DNA of 64,000 bases from Psilocybe cubensis (taxonomy: Eukaryota): the NCBI GenBank assembly GCA_017499595.2, contig CM039003.1, forward strand, positions 62,001 to 126,000, in the 5' to 3' direction. The translations under genes were made by a program, and so were the position numbers. Positions 49,880 through 62,800 of this stretch are shown here, piece by piece (position 1 is the first letter of the stretch; every line of letters begins with the position of its first letter). The notes beneath the pieces are model-generated. The model saw nothing but the letters and a program-made list of their open reading frames with translations, ran no database searches and was not told where the DNA came from.

Positions 49880-50567
49880 ATGTCTATAGCCGCTTCCTAT
49901 GGTCTCTTCCAAATGGTCGTCCCATTCACGCAATTCTCTCTCGACTTTGAAGACCTCGTCGTCTTTACACCACGAAGCAAGTCGTCTCACAAAATACGGA
50001 TGAAGGAGATATGGTCTAACCGCAGACTCCTCCACAGTTCCTTATGGTGAAAATTGGGCATACTTAGGCCCACTCGTCCAAAACTCACATAATAATTCTG
50101 GAATACAAGTAGGCGGGTAAAATACGCAGTTTTAACCTTACTGATAAAGTCTTCCTCATCCATAGGACGGTGTGATTCTGTCGGAATTGAGAGGTAGTAC
50201 CGCTCTTGGAGATTTTTCCGACTGGGTGCCTGTTTTTATCGACGAACAACATGGGGAATTCTCGACCTGGATGGCTGTTCCTTCCAATCCAGATCGATAT
50301 GCGTCTGGTGGCCACTTGCTTGTCCTTGGAACAGAAAAACCGACTCAGGCACAGACCGTCGGTATCAAAGCCATCCGCAAAAATCTCATTGAAGAACGCC
50401 AACCGGACCGCCTCATTTGGGAACGTCGCCTACCCAACGGCGTGCTGTCCTTCTGGGATATTGGTATCCCTGATTCCTTGCACTCAACATCAGGCGCATT
50501 TGTCTCAAGATTCTCGCCTACTGCCAACAACAGTAACTTAACGGTCCCCTTGATGTTGGCGTTCTAG
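49880..50567 (+). pseudogene. Vps62-like (DUF946-type) repeat protein, probably 5'-disrupted
   Basis: Last exon DWVPVFIDE...FSTWMAVP...YASGG...KP...IKAIRKNLI...LIW resembles the Vps62-like pattern; the upstream exon has in-frame stops. Confidence 0.4.
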
Positions 50568-50766
50568 GTGGACTATAAACGTCTAGGTTTGATATGTGTT
50601 CGATGCTACATAGAAATGACCCCTATATCGACGGATATAAGTCTTTATCAGTACAAGATGAGTGGTGATGCATAGAAAACAAGAAATTTTTTCATGAATC
50701 GACTGAGACTGCTTGACTGTAAGATACACGGCCTCTTATCAGAAAACCTAGGCACCTGTCACCATG

Positions 50767-51552
50767 AGGACCCGGGAAGCTCCCCTAAGGCCTTGTCCGG
50801 GGTTTGGCGGATTTGAGGCCGAAAAAAGGCCAAATCCCTGTCCGTTTTTCGCGGATTTGAGGGCGCCGCAGGCCAACCATTGTCCGGGGCCTGCGGATTT
50901 GAGGCCGGGTCCACAGCCTGAGGTGGCCAGCGGCAGTCAGATTTTCTTTTATTTACACAAATTCATTCACATACATCCTTTATCAGTTTATCTAGTTACC
51001 AGATGAGGAATTTATGGACGGACATGACTCAGACGACGATGATGCTGATGCATCAACCCCCGTGCCGGACTTCACTTGTATACCACATCCACCACAAAGG
51101 AAATACTACCTCCACACTCATGCACGAGTTAGCGACGTTATATACAACCTTGGCTCTTGTGCACTTCATGGTGAATATCACTCAAAGAAAACTCTTAGTC
51201 CTCAGGGAGCTTTCTTGTGGAGAAAGTTTGCTAGATCAAATATTCAGAAGGCCATTGGTAAAGCCAACGAGTCACTACTCAAAATACGTATTCCTGGTAG
51301 GAAGACATTATAATTAGTACTTATCTCTTTCTCTCAATGTGTATTATGACTGCGAGACGCTTTTTAAAGCAAAATATTGTTAAAAACGACGTGGAGAAAT
51401 GTGCTGCCCCGCAGGGAGAAAATTTCTTAATTAGGAAGGACCCTGAGGAGGTCTGTCCGGTTTCGCGGATTTGAGGCCCCAAATCTCGCGGATTTGAGGG
51501 CCAAATTCGGGGTCGAGGCCGGACAAGGCCTTAGGGGAGCTTCCCGGGTCCT
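50767..51552. mobile_element. 786-bp non-autonomous TIR element with 8-bp TSD
   Basis: Perfect 34-bp TIR AGGACCCGGGAAGCTCCCCTAAGGCCTTGTCCGG; TSD TCACCATG at 50759-50766 and 51553-51560; five GCGGATTTGAGG subterminal repeats. Confidence 0.93.
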
Positions 51553-52348
51553 TCACCATGGTAAATGTCTGACAATTCTTTAATACAACGTGGGATTCCA
51601 TGTAAATTTGTTACCGAATATGTCGGATGCGAAAATGATCAAAGTTAGGGAGCCGGACCGATTAAACCTATGGTCAGTCGCTCGCATAGATAGCCCAACG
51701 CTACGTGTATGCCATGTCAGAGGCATGATCGTGAGTGTGAGGTCAAATCCAGAGAAAAAAACGAGAGATAGGGGGGAAATTCTGATCAATTCTCCCCGAT
51801 TCCTCTGAGCACCCCAAAGTTGTTGGGTTATTGAGGGTAGTAGATGATACGGTGTTGGGTTGTACACGTTTGAGTCGGTCACATTGAGTTAGGGGGTAAT
51901 GGGACACCATTTTTTGAGACTGACCTCTGCAGTTCCGTAAGCCCTGACCGGGAGCATCTAGCCCCTGATTACCACTCTTATTTCTTCCTTCAACAGCATT
52001 CATAATCGTTATTCCGGCGCAGAAATGCTTCTTCCTTAGTCTATTTTCATAGATGTACGCGCAATTCGAGAGGGGTGGTCGAAGAAGAGAAAGAAGTTGC
52101 GTATTTGGTTCTGTTGTTGTTGCCAGGTGGCTCAGCGTAAGCCGGGAAGAGCCGGGAACGTGATTCAGGGGTTCAGGCCAGCTCTAGAATTGACCAAAGA
52201 TCTTTCATGGAAGGACGATTCTTCAGTTCTATATAGGTCCAACGGAAGAAATACATGATAAAGATGTGTATTATGTACAAGTCAAATCCACACAGTCGTG
52301 TACAGAACGTCAATGAAATTGTGGTAAGATTATCACACAGAGACTCAG

Positions 52349-53682
52349 TCAGACCATCTCTAAGTTGAATGAATTGGACGTCGGTATAATATTAACCACG
52401 GGGGTTTTCTCCGCCTCGTCACTTTCAACCTGACTTGAAGAGATATTATCATCTCTAAACCTAAACGCAGTACCGAGTTGATTTTGATCCCTCGGCGACG
52501 TTTCAAAGTTAATACTGGACATGTGCGTTATAACGTTAGTTGCCGAATTATCTGTGGTGGATAAGGCAAGGCGTAGGACCATGACGGTTGGCGCGAGTCC
52601 CTAATCATAACATGTTCAGTATAGATCCCATTTCAACTCTGTACACACTTTACTTACCGACGCTAGTGTTAAGGAAGCGGATATGTAAAAACGACCTTGA
52701 GAGAGGGGTGACTCTAAATTGTCTGAATCAAATGCCGGTAGAAACGTAAGGGCGTAGAGAAAGAGGACGAGTGAATATACCGCAGATGATTCCATGATGA
52801 TAGTGACAATGTGGGTGTACCGTGATGCCAAATTACCAATGGTGCGCGAAACAGAGTGTATCCTGTATCCAATGAGGAAGGTTAATGACACTGTTGTGGC
52901 CACCAATACAAACGACAGTGTCGTTTTGACGTCTCTTGCTAAATTACTGCTTCCAGACATGAAATATGACGGAATCTGAGCCTCCAATATTACATCTGCA
53001 ATACCCAATCCTACATAGGAAATCAGCTTGATATTATATTAAGGCATATGCACACACATACCAAACTCGGTCATGAAGAACATCGATGGGACTGCGACGA
53101 CCTTCATTGATCGATCCCAAACATGGTAACATCTCCAGATCTACTGTAGGTGATCAGTAGCATCCAACATCAATTGTGGGTACCATACCAGAAGTGCATC
53201 TGCAATGACCAAGGGCAATCCTTGTATTATTTCGTCCACCACGTTAAACCACGCTGGACCTACTAAGGATGCCTCAAAAATCGGGGCCCTTGTATCTCCT
53301 TTGAAGACAAATGCCCAATTCAGGAAATACCAGTCGAGTGCGAAATCAATAAGGGAGAACAGATAGAGGATGGTGATTGTGGTCAGGACGATACGATTAC
53401 TCGTATTGGATGATGTCTTGGATACTTTGTCGTGTAAGTGACTCAGTTGTATGAAAGCTAAATGTCTTAACACTGGAGCGCATACCATAAACGAGGAGTG
53501 TTCTTCCGTAGACAATCGTATATACCCCTGGTAAATGGTACTCCTTCTTCACTAACTGATGTCTGTCGAGAGTTTACAAGCAGCTCACCCATCAGAAAAT
53601 TGTAGAGCATCGAAGAATTTAAATTTGCACTGATCGTGTAGTTTTGAATATTTGCTGGTAGCGCAGCATTGGATTGAGACAT
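52349..53682 (-). CDS. Multipass (about 7 TM) membrane protein, multi-exon
   Basis: Spliced hydrophobic helices; motifs ADALL-IWRCYHVW, IIMESSAVYS and GLAPTVMVLRLAL, which I associate with an expanded agaricomycete membrane family. Confidence 0.82.
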
Positions 53683-55233
53683 GGTAGCGAAGTGGGGGTC
53701 CCTTGCAGATTTGTAAAATCACAAACACCATTATCTAAATACCCTTGCAAGCAACCCAGGATATGAAAGTCATCAAAAGGTTGATGGTTTGCCGGTAACG
53801 CGTCTACCTGGGATTCCCTGCAATGGTGTTTGTTTCCTAAACATTGAAGCGCGTTTTAGCTGCTGAGAAACATTGCTCTAACTCGTGGAAACATCAATGA
53901 TATAGTTAGTAAGCCGCAGTCTTACAATATGTTCTGGCAAGCTAATGAATGATTACATCAACAAATTGCTTCCCACAAAGCCAAATAATGACACGAATGG
54001 CAGATGCAAACCGTTATATTCATCAACACATTTTCACGGCTGTAGGAATAATATCTGAGTTTGTATTATTGAATAATGTGATCTGGAGGCCGTATCACAG
54101 CAAGGCAGTTTCTGATCTCAATTGTTTAAGTTTTAAAGAGGTACTCACAGTGTATCCTTATCTCTCGAGCACCGACTTTACTCACATGATTTTCCGTTTC
54201 ATAACCTATAGCGTGGGCCAGTATACTGTGAATGGACCTGGAATAGGAAGACTTTCACATAAGCCACTCCCAAACAACCTGTTTATCAGCGGGGTACATC
54301 ATTACCTTTGGCGGGGAAATGGGAAGCAATGATGCATCAATACCGAGTTTATTATATATTGACTTCCTAGGTTGGGACAAGCTCAGAGGATGCCCAAGAC
54401 GGAGTTCTGCCAGCACAAATACGCTAACTTCTCAACAGTTTCGTGTTTATTTTATCGTTCGGGATCGCACAATGTCTAACAATCAACCATTTTGTTTTCC
54501 TAAATATAAGGTGTCCAAAAGCAATGTAGGTTAAAATAGTAAGAAGGGACACATATACACCTACCCAATGTCACACATCAGCTCCGGTGTCTTTATAACG
54601 ATAACAACATGATGGTAATTCTGTATCTCGCAGCCAAATCCGCTTCTTCAGAGCATCATCTCTCAAATCATGCAACATATTTCCCTACAGCCCGTGTCGA
54701 TGTCGCTCCTTGTCATGACTGAGAGCTCAATAGTTCATTGAACACCTAATTCCGGTCGTCTTTTTGTCTTCCTCGTCACAAACCTCAATTGCCCTCAACG
54801 AGCAAAGTTAATTACGTGCGTATGAGGGTGATGCAGGTCCCACAACTGCCAGTATACTTCCAATCAACCAAAACTATATTTCCGATGATGTACCTTTGAT
54901 CACATCCAATTCCCTCCAGCCATACCAGTCGTTCATGTTACCTGAGTCTCAGACTCATGGCTTAATTGCCGACTTGAAGTAGCTGTACAATTAGTATTAT
55001 TAGATTTGCCGCGTGCTGATTGTGCGTTCCGCATGTGTGGATAACGTGTACCTCATGCAGGCCGCGAGCCGAATTATAAAGCTATTTAATGGCTGACGAA
55101 TACTAGTGGCCTCCCAAGAACCATTGCACACTTGAAAACCTCATTTTACGTCAAAGATTACAGGTTAGTCCAATATTTTTTCTCATATTACCATTGTTGT
55201 ACATTCTTATATCTGTGTCTCGTTCACCACCAG

Positions 55234-55641
55234 ATGCATCTCGGAAGTTACGTGCTCGGGTACAAAATTGATAAAGAGAAATTAGCGCACACCATGGGAG
55301 AACCTGGCGCGCCATTGACCGATGAAGTGGAACTTCAAAAGATATGTCAGATACTCTACAGAATGTTGCATGATACTCGCCATCTTTACCCACTAGAAGT
55401 CGTCTTCGAGGACCGCCCGGATCGGGACCCACAGGTCGTCGTGGTCGTTATTTTGGACGATGAAGATAGCAAAGAGGAGCTTGAAGCAAAGTCGATGGAG
55501 CCGTATCAAACATTGCCAGAAGAGCTCCGTGGCTTCGAGTTTGCACTCAGCGGACCGGCCATCTTCAGAAATTGTCCCAGGCCAGTGACTGAGGAGCAAA
55601 TGGAGGAGATGCTTGAGAGAATAAAGCAGCAGAAATGGTGA
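55234..55641 (+). CDS. Hypothetical acidic protein (about 135 aa)
   Basis: ATG ORF MHLGSYVLGYKID... with protein-like composition. Confidence 0.55.
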   Translation: MHLGSYVLGYKIDKEKLAHTMGEPGAPLTDEVELQKICQILYRMLHDTRHLYPLEVVFEDRPDRDPQVVVVVILDDEDSKEELEAKSMEPYQTLPEELRGFEFALSGPAIFRNCPRPVTEEQMEEMLERIKQQKW

Positions 55642-57171
55642 AGCAACCTGCCGCATTGGATTCTACATACAGTTTGCAAGTATCAGGAATGTGGGTAACA
55701 ATAAACACCAGCTTCTCTGTAAAGTACACGTCTATCTTCTGTATGTTAGAAGAAAACGTTTTACAAATTTGAGTGCTCCATAAAGGTATTGTTTTCCGTC
55801 TTATCACACTCTGCCCAGACCCATAAGGGTCCACTGTCCATCAGCGCACAACCCATGGAATGGGAGAGGCTGACACGTATTCTTGAATGGCCTGGGAAAC
55901 ACTGCAACACATGCAACAACACTTCGTTCTTTTCCACCACGGCGTCTCGTCCTCTGGGTTATCGAAGGTCGACCATTCAAAGGAGGTAACCCTGAAAACG
56001 ATTCATCACTTCATGCGGTATGAGCCACTATGGAAAGAGTCGTTTGAACACCCGAACATGGTTGGGGGTTGTGTTTGGGGGTTCCACCACATCGATGGCG
56101 AGGTTGCTAGGTGGGTATTGACTTTTTGACCTGCAAGTGCTTTTCCCTTTAATTTTTCCCTTCTTGTATCTCCTCTACATGCAATTAGTGAACGTCTATT
56201 CTTTCCATTTCACTAGCGCATACTTTACATTCACGCCACAGGGTATGCAACCGTCTGTAACGGTGTACTCTGTTTAATGTGCATTCTTGGGAGTGCGTCC
56301 AGTGTTTGTCCAGGCAGTAAAGACCATGGGATGGGCTACTTTGTTATTTTAGCTTGTTCTGGCACAGCTCCCTCGCAGTGTACACAATCTTTCCTGCTCC
56401 TGCGTGTGTATTCTAGGACCTCCTCCCGGGTCCGTTTATATATCAAGCATTAAAACGCAGAATTGGTACTCTACTGTGACGTTCATGCGGGTGCGATTCC
56501 GACGACATTCATTCTGTGTTCGTGTCTGTATCCTCTTTTGATGTGTTCTAGGCGATTCTCCAACAGTCTGTGCCGAGGCTCTCTAGACATATCCGCTGCT
56601 GTGCATCATGGCTATTCCAACTAGACAAAGGACTGAATTGAAGGGCATCTTGATATGAAATAAGCATCAGTTGTGGATATACCCTATGGTACGCTCTCAC
56701 TTTATAGCCTTTTGGTATTTCCTTGTGTTGCATTTCACCTAATACTTCTACATCACCCATCATTATCATTCTTTTCCTTCGCGGTCAAGCATACTCGGTT
56801 GTTCCTCTCTCTCTCTTCTAGTACACTGCCAGATAGGCCTTATACTCCATATCCACCTTCTCATCTCCGGTATACGGATCGAAAAACATGATATTGTCGA
56901 GGTTCTCATTGAGGTAAAAGTTGTACGCAAGACCATGGTTTCCCTTTTGACCGAACATCACTCCCCAAAGGATGCCAAAGTCCTACCAAGCAAAACGAAA
57001 AACATGTCTAAAAAGGTGAATAAATTAAAGAAGCAAATATATAACGCACGTCTGCTAGGAGAGTGTTAACACCCCATTTGGCGACTTCAACTTTGAGGAA
57101 AAATGCATAATCATCGCCTGTCCAGTCATGATTACACGTAAGCATGTAAAATCAGATTGCTGTCAGGTCAT

Positions 57172-57740
57172 TCACTCACTATCAAAGAGTTGACCACGAT
57201 CTTTCATATTCTTCAGCCCCGACTTGACATATATCGCATCCCGAACACTTTTGGGGAGTACAAGATACCTGCAAGGTAAGAAAGCCACGTCATTAATCTG
57301 TAGCGAAGGTAACAAGAATGCAACTGGATGGGACGCACAACAAATCCTGTCTGAATCCCTGAAAGTTCGCCGCATTGTGCGTATCTCTCGCTAGAATCTC
57401 GCGGATCTCCACGTCGGAGCGGCTGACGCGGCGCAGGAACCAGTCTTGGCTCTCTGAAGCACTACGCGCCCATCCTTGCACTTGTATACCTAAGGGCGGA
57501 TGGCGCTCGTGTTATTCACGGGACTGTAATGGGAAGATGCGGACAGGGGGGTGACTTACCTGGCATACTGGTTCCCGTGAAAAGGTCAAGGAACGTGCCG
57601 CTAGCGACATTTTGTATCCTACACAACAGTAAGTATCAGTATTCCATCCATGTTATACAATTAAAAACAATCGCATACTTGGTATACCCCCCATTCCCTA
57701 CAATCCTCCACTGCCACATAGGACAGTTGTATAATTACGT
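57172..57740 (-). pseudogene. 3' fragment of an intron-containing gene, truncated upstream near 57780
   Basis: Exon-like pieces (WFLRRVSRSDVEIREILARDTH; LVLPKSVRDAIYVKSG) with GTAAGT/GTATGC donors; no start found. Confidence 0.3.
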
Positions 57741-58084
57741 ACCTTACGATATATTTAAAAATGATGAATTAACGTAACATACGGAGTGATTTACAATAAG
57801 TACTAAACTAAAAATAGCCCGTCCCCTACGGTCCAGCTGGAACGGCTAATTTAGCCCTTGCCACACGGGCCATTTATAAATAAATGGCCCCCTCGCTGGC
57901 CCATGACGGACCGTCATATTTGACCCGTCTGCGCATCACGGCAAAATTCGGAGCCGACTGCTTGCGGGAAGTACAGCCTTGCCGACACCGGCTCCGTGGT
58001 TTCCCAAAGCATTTTGCCCCGAAACTGATGACGGGAAGCAGCTTTACCGACAACGGCTCTGTGGTCTACCGACACATTTTGCTC

Positions 58085-59464
58085 CTGTAAATTAGAAACC
58101 ACAAAATACATTTATTTGTCTACGCGGGGCTATACTTTATCAATGTCTCAAGGTCATTCTCTACAATAGCTATTCCATCGTCAATCTCGCTCAAAGCATT
58201 GCTGTACAAAATTTGAGTTTGCAGTTGATTGAGGGTGAGATTCTTTAGTGTAGTAGCTTTGTTGAGGTAACTGTTATCTCCCAACCTGGTATGCTTGATT
58301 TTGTCATGAGATTGGCGAAGCTGCTGCTCTGTATAGTTCTAGAAATACAAGTCAGATGTCTTGCCAATAATAAAAGCTTAGAAACATACAAAAAGAAAAG
58401 GTGGATTGAAGTAGCTTGTCCTTTCCTTTACCTCATCATACTCAATTTCCTTAGCTGTTGGAGGGCTACCGCTTGGATAACTTCCCATGGGGTCAGGTCT
58501 ACCGTATGTCCTGAAATAGGGATTTCGAAGTAGAAGATGGCATGCCTCGGGGGGTGGGGAGTAGCGTCCACCCTTTCTCTCAGTCGATACCATAGGACGA
58601 GACTCGAGGATAATGGAATCTACAACAGATGTGTAGGAAATAATGGGAGTAATGGTGGGAACAGTGGGAGTTTCCTCCGCGGTAGGCTCATTGATCTGTA
58701 GTTCGGTGGAAGAGGAAGCCGCCGTTATGGCGGAGGAGATAGTTGCTGAAGGCTTCGGCGCAAGAAACTGCGCCGAAGATCGGGAAGTTTGCATTGCCAC
58801 GACGGATTGGGCATCCTCACTGGAGGAATCTAAATCAATGACATCTAGTAGAATTCAGAGATGCAGTCAGAGAAATTACACTTAGTAAAGTAAAGTTAAC
58901 TTGCCCAAGGGTGGGGGAGGAGGTACAAATGAAGAATCATTTACAGCAAGGTGTGTCTGTACTTCTTCAATAGGAGAGGATGAGTCTCTCTCAGAATTGG
59001 AATCTTCATATTCAGAGTATTTTCAGCAGATCCATTCAAAGGTGTTGTCAAGACATACCGAAATCTGGGGGTGGAACAAAAGAGTTATCATTTACTGCGA
59101 GGTTGACCTTTTGCTTTCCTTTGCCCTTATCATTCAAAGGTATAGTTTGTTCATCGGCAGATTCGGATCCGTTGTTGGAAGATTCATCATCTCCCGAACC
59201 GGTACCGGAGGATTTGTTGTCACCCGAACCGTCATCGGGGGAGTCATTACTTCCCGAACCATCATCGGAAGATTCATCACTTCCCGAACTCTCCTCATCG
59301 GATGTGTCTGTGGATAGGTGAGAGTCAATCATATATTATGAAAAGAACATCTTACTTGTAGCAGAAGGGGGTGATATTTCGGGAAAATTATTAGGATCAA
59401 TGGCATATATTGTGGGTGTGCTATGTTTGTGATCTGAGCTGTCTGGATTTGATTGGGTGGGCAT
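58085..59464 (-). CDS. Multi-exon low-complexity (S/D-rich) hypothetical protein; ends approximate
   Basis: GTAAGA/GTAAGT introns; S/D/G 10-aa repeats; duplicated LAVND(N/S)SFVPPP; globular C-terminus PEACHLLLRNPYFRTYGRPDP...LNQLQTQILYSNAL. Confidence 0.65.
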
Positions 59465-60005
59465 TGTAACTGCAGGGGATTTTCACTACCGCTCAGGTAG
59501 ATTGCAGTAGGATTACTTACTGATCTTCTTTGGAGGAGGCTTTTTCAGTTGGTCGAGTAAATAAGTAAGCCTGTCTAGAGAGGTGGTGTCAATGACAAGG
59601 TTATGAGGGGAAGAAGTAGGCATTCCAATCCCAATTTCAACTGGCCAGGTTGATTATATATATCGGACCCAGGTTGATTATATATCGGACCATGGCTACC
59701 GTCCCGTGAAATGTTATCGCGGAACACTGTGCTCCGTGAAATATGCTCACCTGATCGGAGCAATGCATGCCGTGTGAATGCGAACTTCGCACATTTTTGC
59801 TGTATAAGTTGTCGTGCAATCACCTGACTTATGATTGCACTTGTTTGTGTTGAAGTCCAATTTCGGACATGTTCAATTTTGGACTTCGGACTTTTTTTTT
59901 TACTTCTAACCTTGACACTTCCACTCACTCTACGCGCTTCGTCTACGCGTCTCTCCTCTCATCCACGCGACTTTCGAACCCATCACGCGACCTTCGATCT
60001 ATACC

Positions 60006-62487
60006 ATGGCTTCCACCTCCTCCGCATCCCTCAAGACCGATGTTGAACACTGGGAGAACATGGCTCGTTCCTCCATCGACGCCGGCGAGAAGATTTTTGG
60101 GTCAAGAATCGAGGTGCTGTGGACAGAACTGGTAAGTAACAGACTCCACATCACAGAAAAACATAACTTACATTGTTACACCTCAATAGGCCAAGGTGTT
60201 CCCCCTCCACACCCGCAATCCCAAAGCCTATCGGCTTTTTGACTACATCGGCCCCATCATCAACAAGGCGTGCCGCGACGGTTCTGACAACCAAGGTCGA
60301 ACTGTACGCGAATTTGTCGTCGACTTTGCGGAGCTCCGCAAACAAATGGAGAACTTCGATAAATACGCCAGAGAGAGCAAAAAGCGAAAGGAAAAAGAGG
60401 GAAAAAGTAAAACCAAGGCCAATGAGATGGAGGAGAAGGAACAGGAAAGAGAGCGCGAGAAGGAAAAGAGGAGGCAGGAGAAGGAGGAAAAAGAGAAGAA
60501 GGAGAGGGAGGAGAAAGAGAGGGAGGCAAAGCGGGAGAGGGAGAGGGAGAGGGAGAGGGAGGAGAAGGAGAGGGAAAGGCAGCAGAGAGCAAAGGAGGAA
60601 AAAGAGAAGCGGCAGAGGGAGAAGGAGGAGAAGGAAAAGCGGCAAAGGGAGAGGGAGGAGAAGGAAAAGCGGCAGAGGGAGAGGGAGGAGAAGGAGAAGA
60701 GGGAGAGGGAGAGGGAGAGGGAGAGGGAGAGGGAGGAGAGGGAGAAGAGGCAGAGGGAGAGGGAGGAGAGGGAGAGGGAGAGGGAGGAGAAGGAGAAGAG
60801 GGAGAGGCAGAGGGAGAGGGAGGAGAGGGAGAGGGAGAGGGAGAGGGAGAGGGAGGAGATGAAGACCCACCCAAAAAAACGAAGCAGGACGGAGAAAAAA
60901 TCCAAGCCGACCGTAGATTCCAGTGCGGAAGGCTCCGGAGCCGACACTATGCGCCCTTCAAAGGTCGACAAGGGCAAAGGCAAAGCCCCGCCTCCAACAG
61001 TCATCTCCTCCGGGAGTGAAAGCGAGCCGCGGGTCCGAAAATCAGCCCGAAAGACACCTGCAAAGCCGGAGACGTCTGCTCCGCCGAAGGCCAGCAGCAG
61101 CAGGAAAAAGCCTGCTTCCAAGTCGAAGTCCACCATCGGGACGGATACGGACCGAAGTGAAGATGAAGGTGAGGGTGAGGGTGAGGGTGAGGATAGCGAG
61201 GAGGAAGGAGGAGAGGACAACGAGGCTCCCCTCAAGAAGGCACGCCGTCGCTCAGAGGCTGAAGACCAGAAGAAAAACCTCGTCACCGTCACTCCTTCCT
61301 GCAAGGCCTGCCAAGCAAGGAAGAGGAGATGCAAGATGGAAAGGGGGCAAACCATCGTTGGGTTTGCCACTGAGGGATCGACTTCGATCCCTCAGTACTC
61401 TCGGGCTTGTGTCTTGTGCCGTCGCAACAAGACCAAGTGCGACTTGTTCCCGGGACGATCCGTTAAGCCGCCTGGGATGACTTTGACGACTCCAATTGTG
61501 GAGTACACGGAGATTTTGCGTGCCGAGAAGACGGCGGGATCTGATCTTCCCGGACAAGGGAAGAAGGGGGAACTTCCAGTTCCAAAGGATGTTGGGGAGT
61601 TGCTGGTGCAACTCTACGCCAAGCTGGGTGAGGTGGGTGAGGAGAATGCTGCTCTCCATAGCAGCCTTACCTCGCTCCATGCCAGAGTCACAAGTTTGAC
61701 TCAGCTTTCTGAGAGGCAGAAAGCTCAAATGGAGTCAATGGAGAAGGTGATGAAGAGTATGGAGTCGAAGTTAGGTGAAATGAGGCTAGAGGGCAAACAT
61801 GGTAAGTCTGTCCACTCTGCCAGCTACAAGTCTGCTTAACCCTCACACTCAGCATCACCTACTCCCCGGCCTCCTTCTCCTTCCCCGGCCCCTCCCTCCC
61901 CGCCTCCTGCTTCCCCAGCCCCTCCCTCCCCAGCCCCTCCCTCTCCGCCTCCTGCTTCCCCACCTCCTGCTTCCCCGGCTCCTCCTCGATTTTCTTCTCT
62001 GGCATCTTCAAATTCGCCGTCGTCTCCACCCCTGCCGCCTCCTGAGCCCATATCGCCACCACTTCAAAATCGTGAAGTTGGATCGTCGGCACCTCCATCA
62101 CCACCGGGCCCCATGTCACCACCGCGTCAAAATCGCGAAGTTGGATCAACCGCGGGATCCAACTTGCCGCCGAGTCCGGGCCATGAAGAGCCGCCGTCAC
62201 CCATGCCCCCAGCGCCAGACCACCTGCCGAAAGATGTCGAGATGGACAAGATCAATGAGGATCATAGATCCTCTGATCTGTCATCCCCTGAGCCAAGCGA
62301 TGACGAGGCACCCGCTGAGAAGGTGAAAGGGAAGGCAAAGCAAAAAGGGAAGGAAAAGGTGGACCCCAAGGTGTCCAATGCGGCGACGAGGACTCGTGCT
62401 GGAAGAAGCGGAAAGCGCAAAGCAGCTGAGGAGCCAGAGACGCTACCTTCCCCCAAAAAACCCAGAGGAAGGGCCTCCAAAAAGTAA
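60006..62487 (+). CDS. E/R/K-repeat protein with a Zn(II)2Cys6-like cysteine cluster, coiled-coil and Pro-rich tail
   Basis: Introns 60132-60189 and 61802-61852 join the ORFs in frame; [11 protein letters not shown]...[11 protein letters not shown]; basic C-terminal [11 protein letters not shown]. Confidence 0.78.
60430..60858 (+). repeat. Coding purine-rich GAGAGG/GAGAAG repeat (ER/EK tract)
   Basis: About 430 bp almost entirely A/G. Confidence 0.95.
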
Positions 62488-62800
62488 TCACAGGTTGGGT
62501 GTGTTTTTTTATGTATGTTACCTACTTTCTTTTCCTGTGCTATATTTCATTGGTCTTTTCTTCTTGTCTCTTGGGCATTCCTACTTGGTGTTTTTTTGCT
62601 TGACCAATCACTTCATTTTCTATTCTGCCTCACATAGTATATTTGCCCTATATGTCTTTATAATGTTTAATGTCCTGTATATAAAGATATTTTTCTTTTG
62701 CTCCATATGTTGGATGAACAATGAGCTTTGAGTGAAAAATAAAGAAGTTTGAGTTCTATAAAAGCAATGTTATGTTGCATTAAACTAACTAAACAACCTG

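Noticed and set aside
60151-61370. Long LP-, SL-, SP- and RG-repeat ORFs in other frames
   Set aside because: Artefacts of the stop-free purine repeat.
61837-61839. Premature stop in the E/R-rich gene
   Set aside because: It lies within a canonical 51-nt intron (GTAAGT 61802 ... CTTAAC ... CAG 61852) whose removal keeps the frame.
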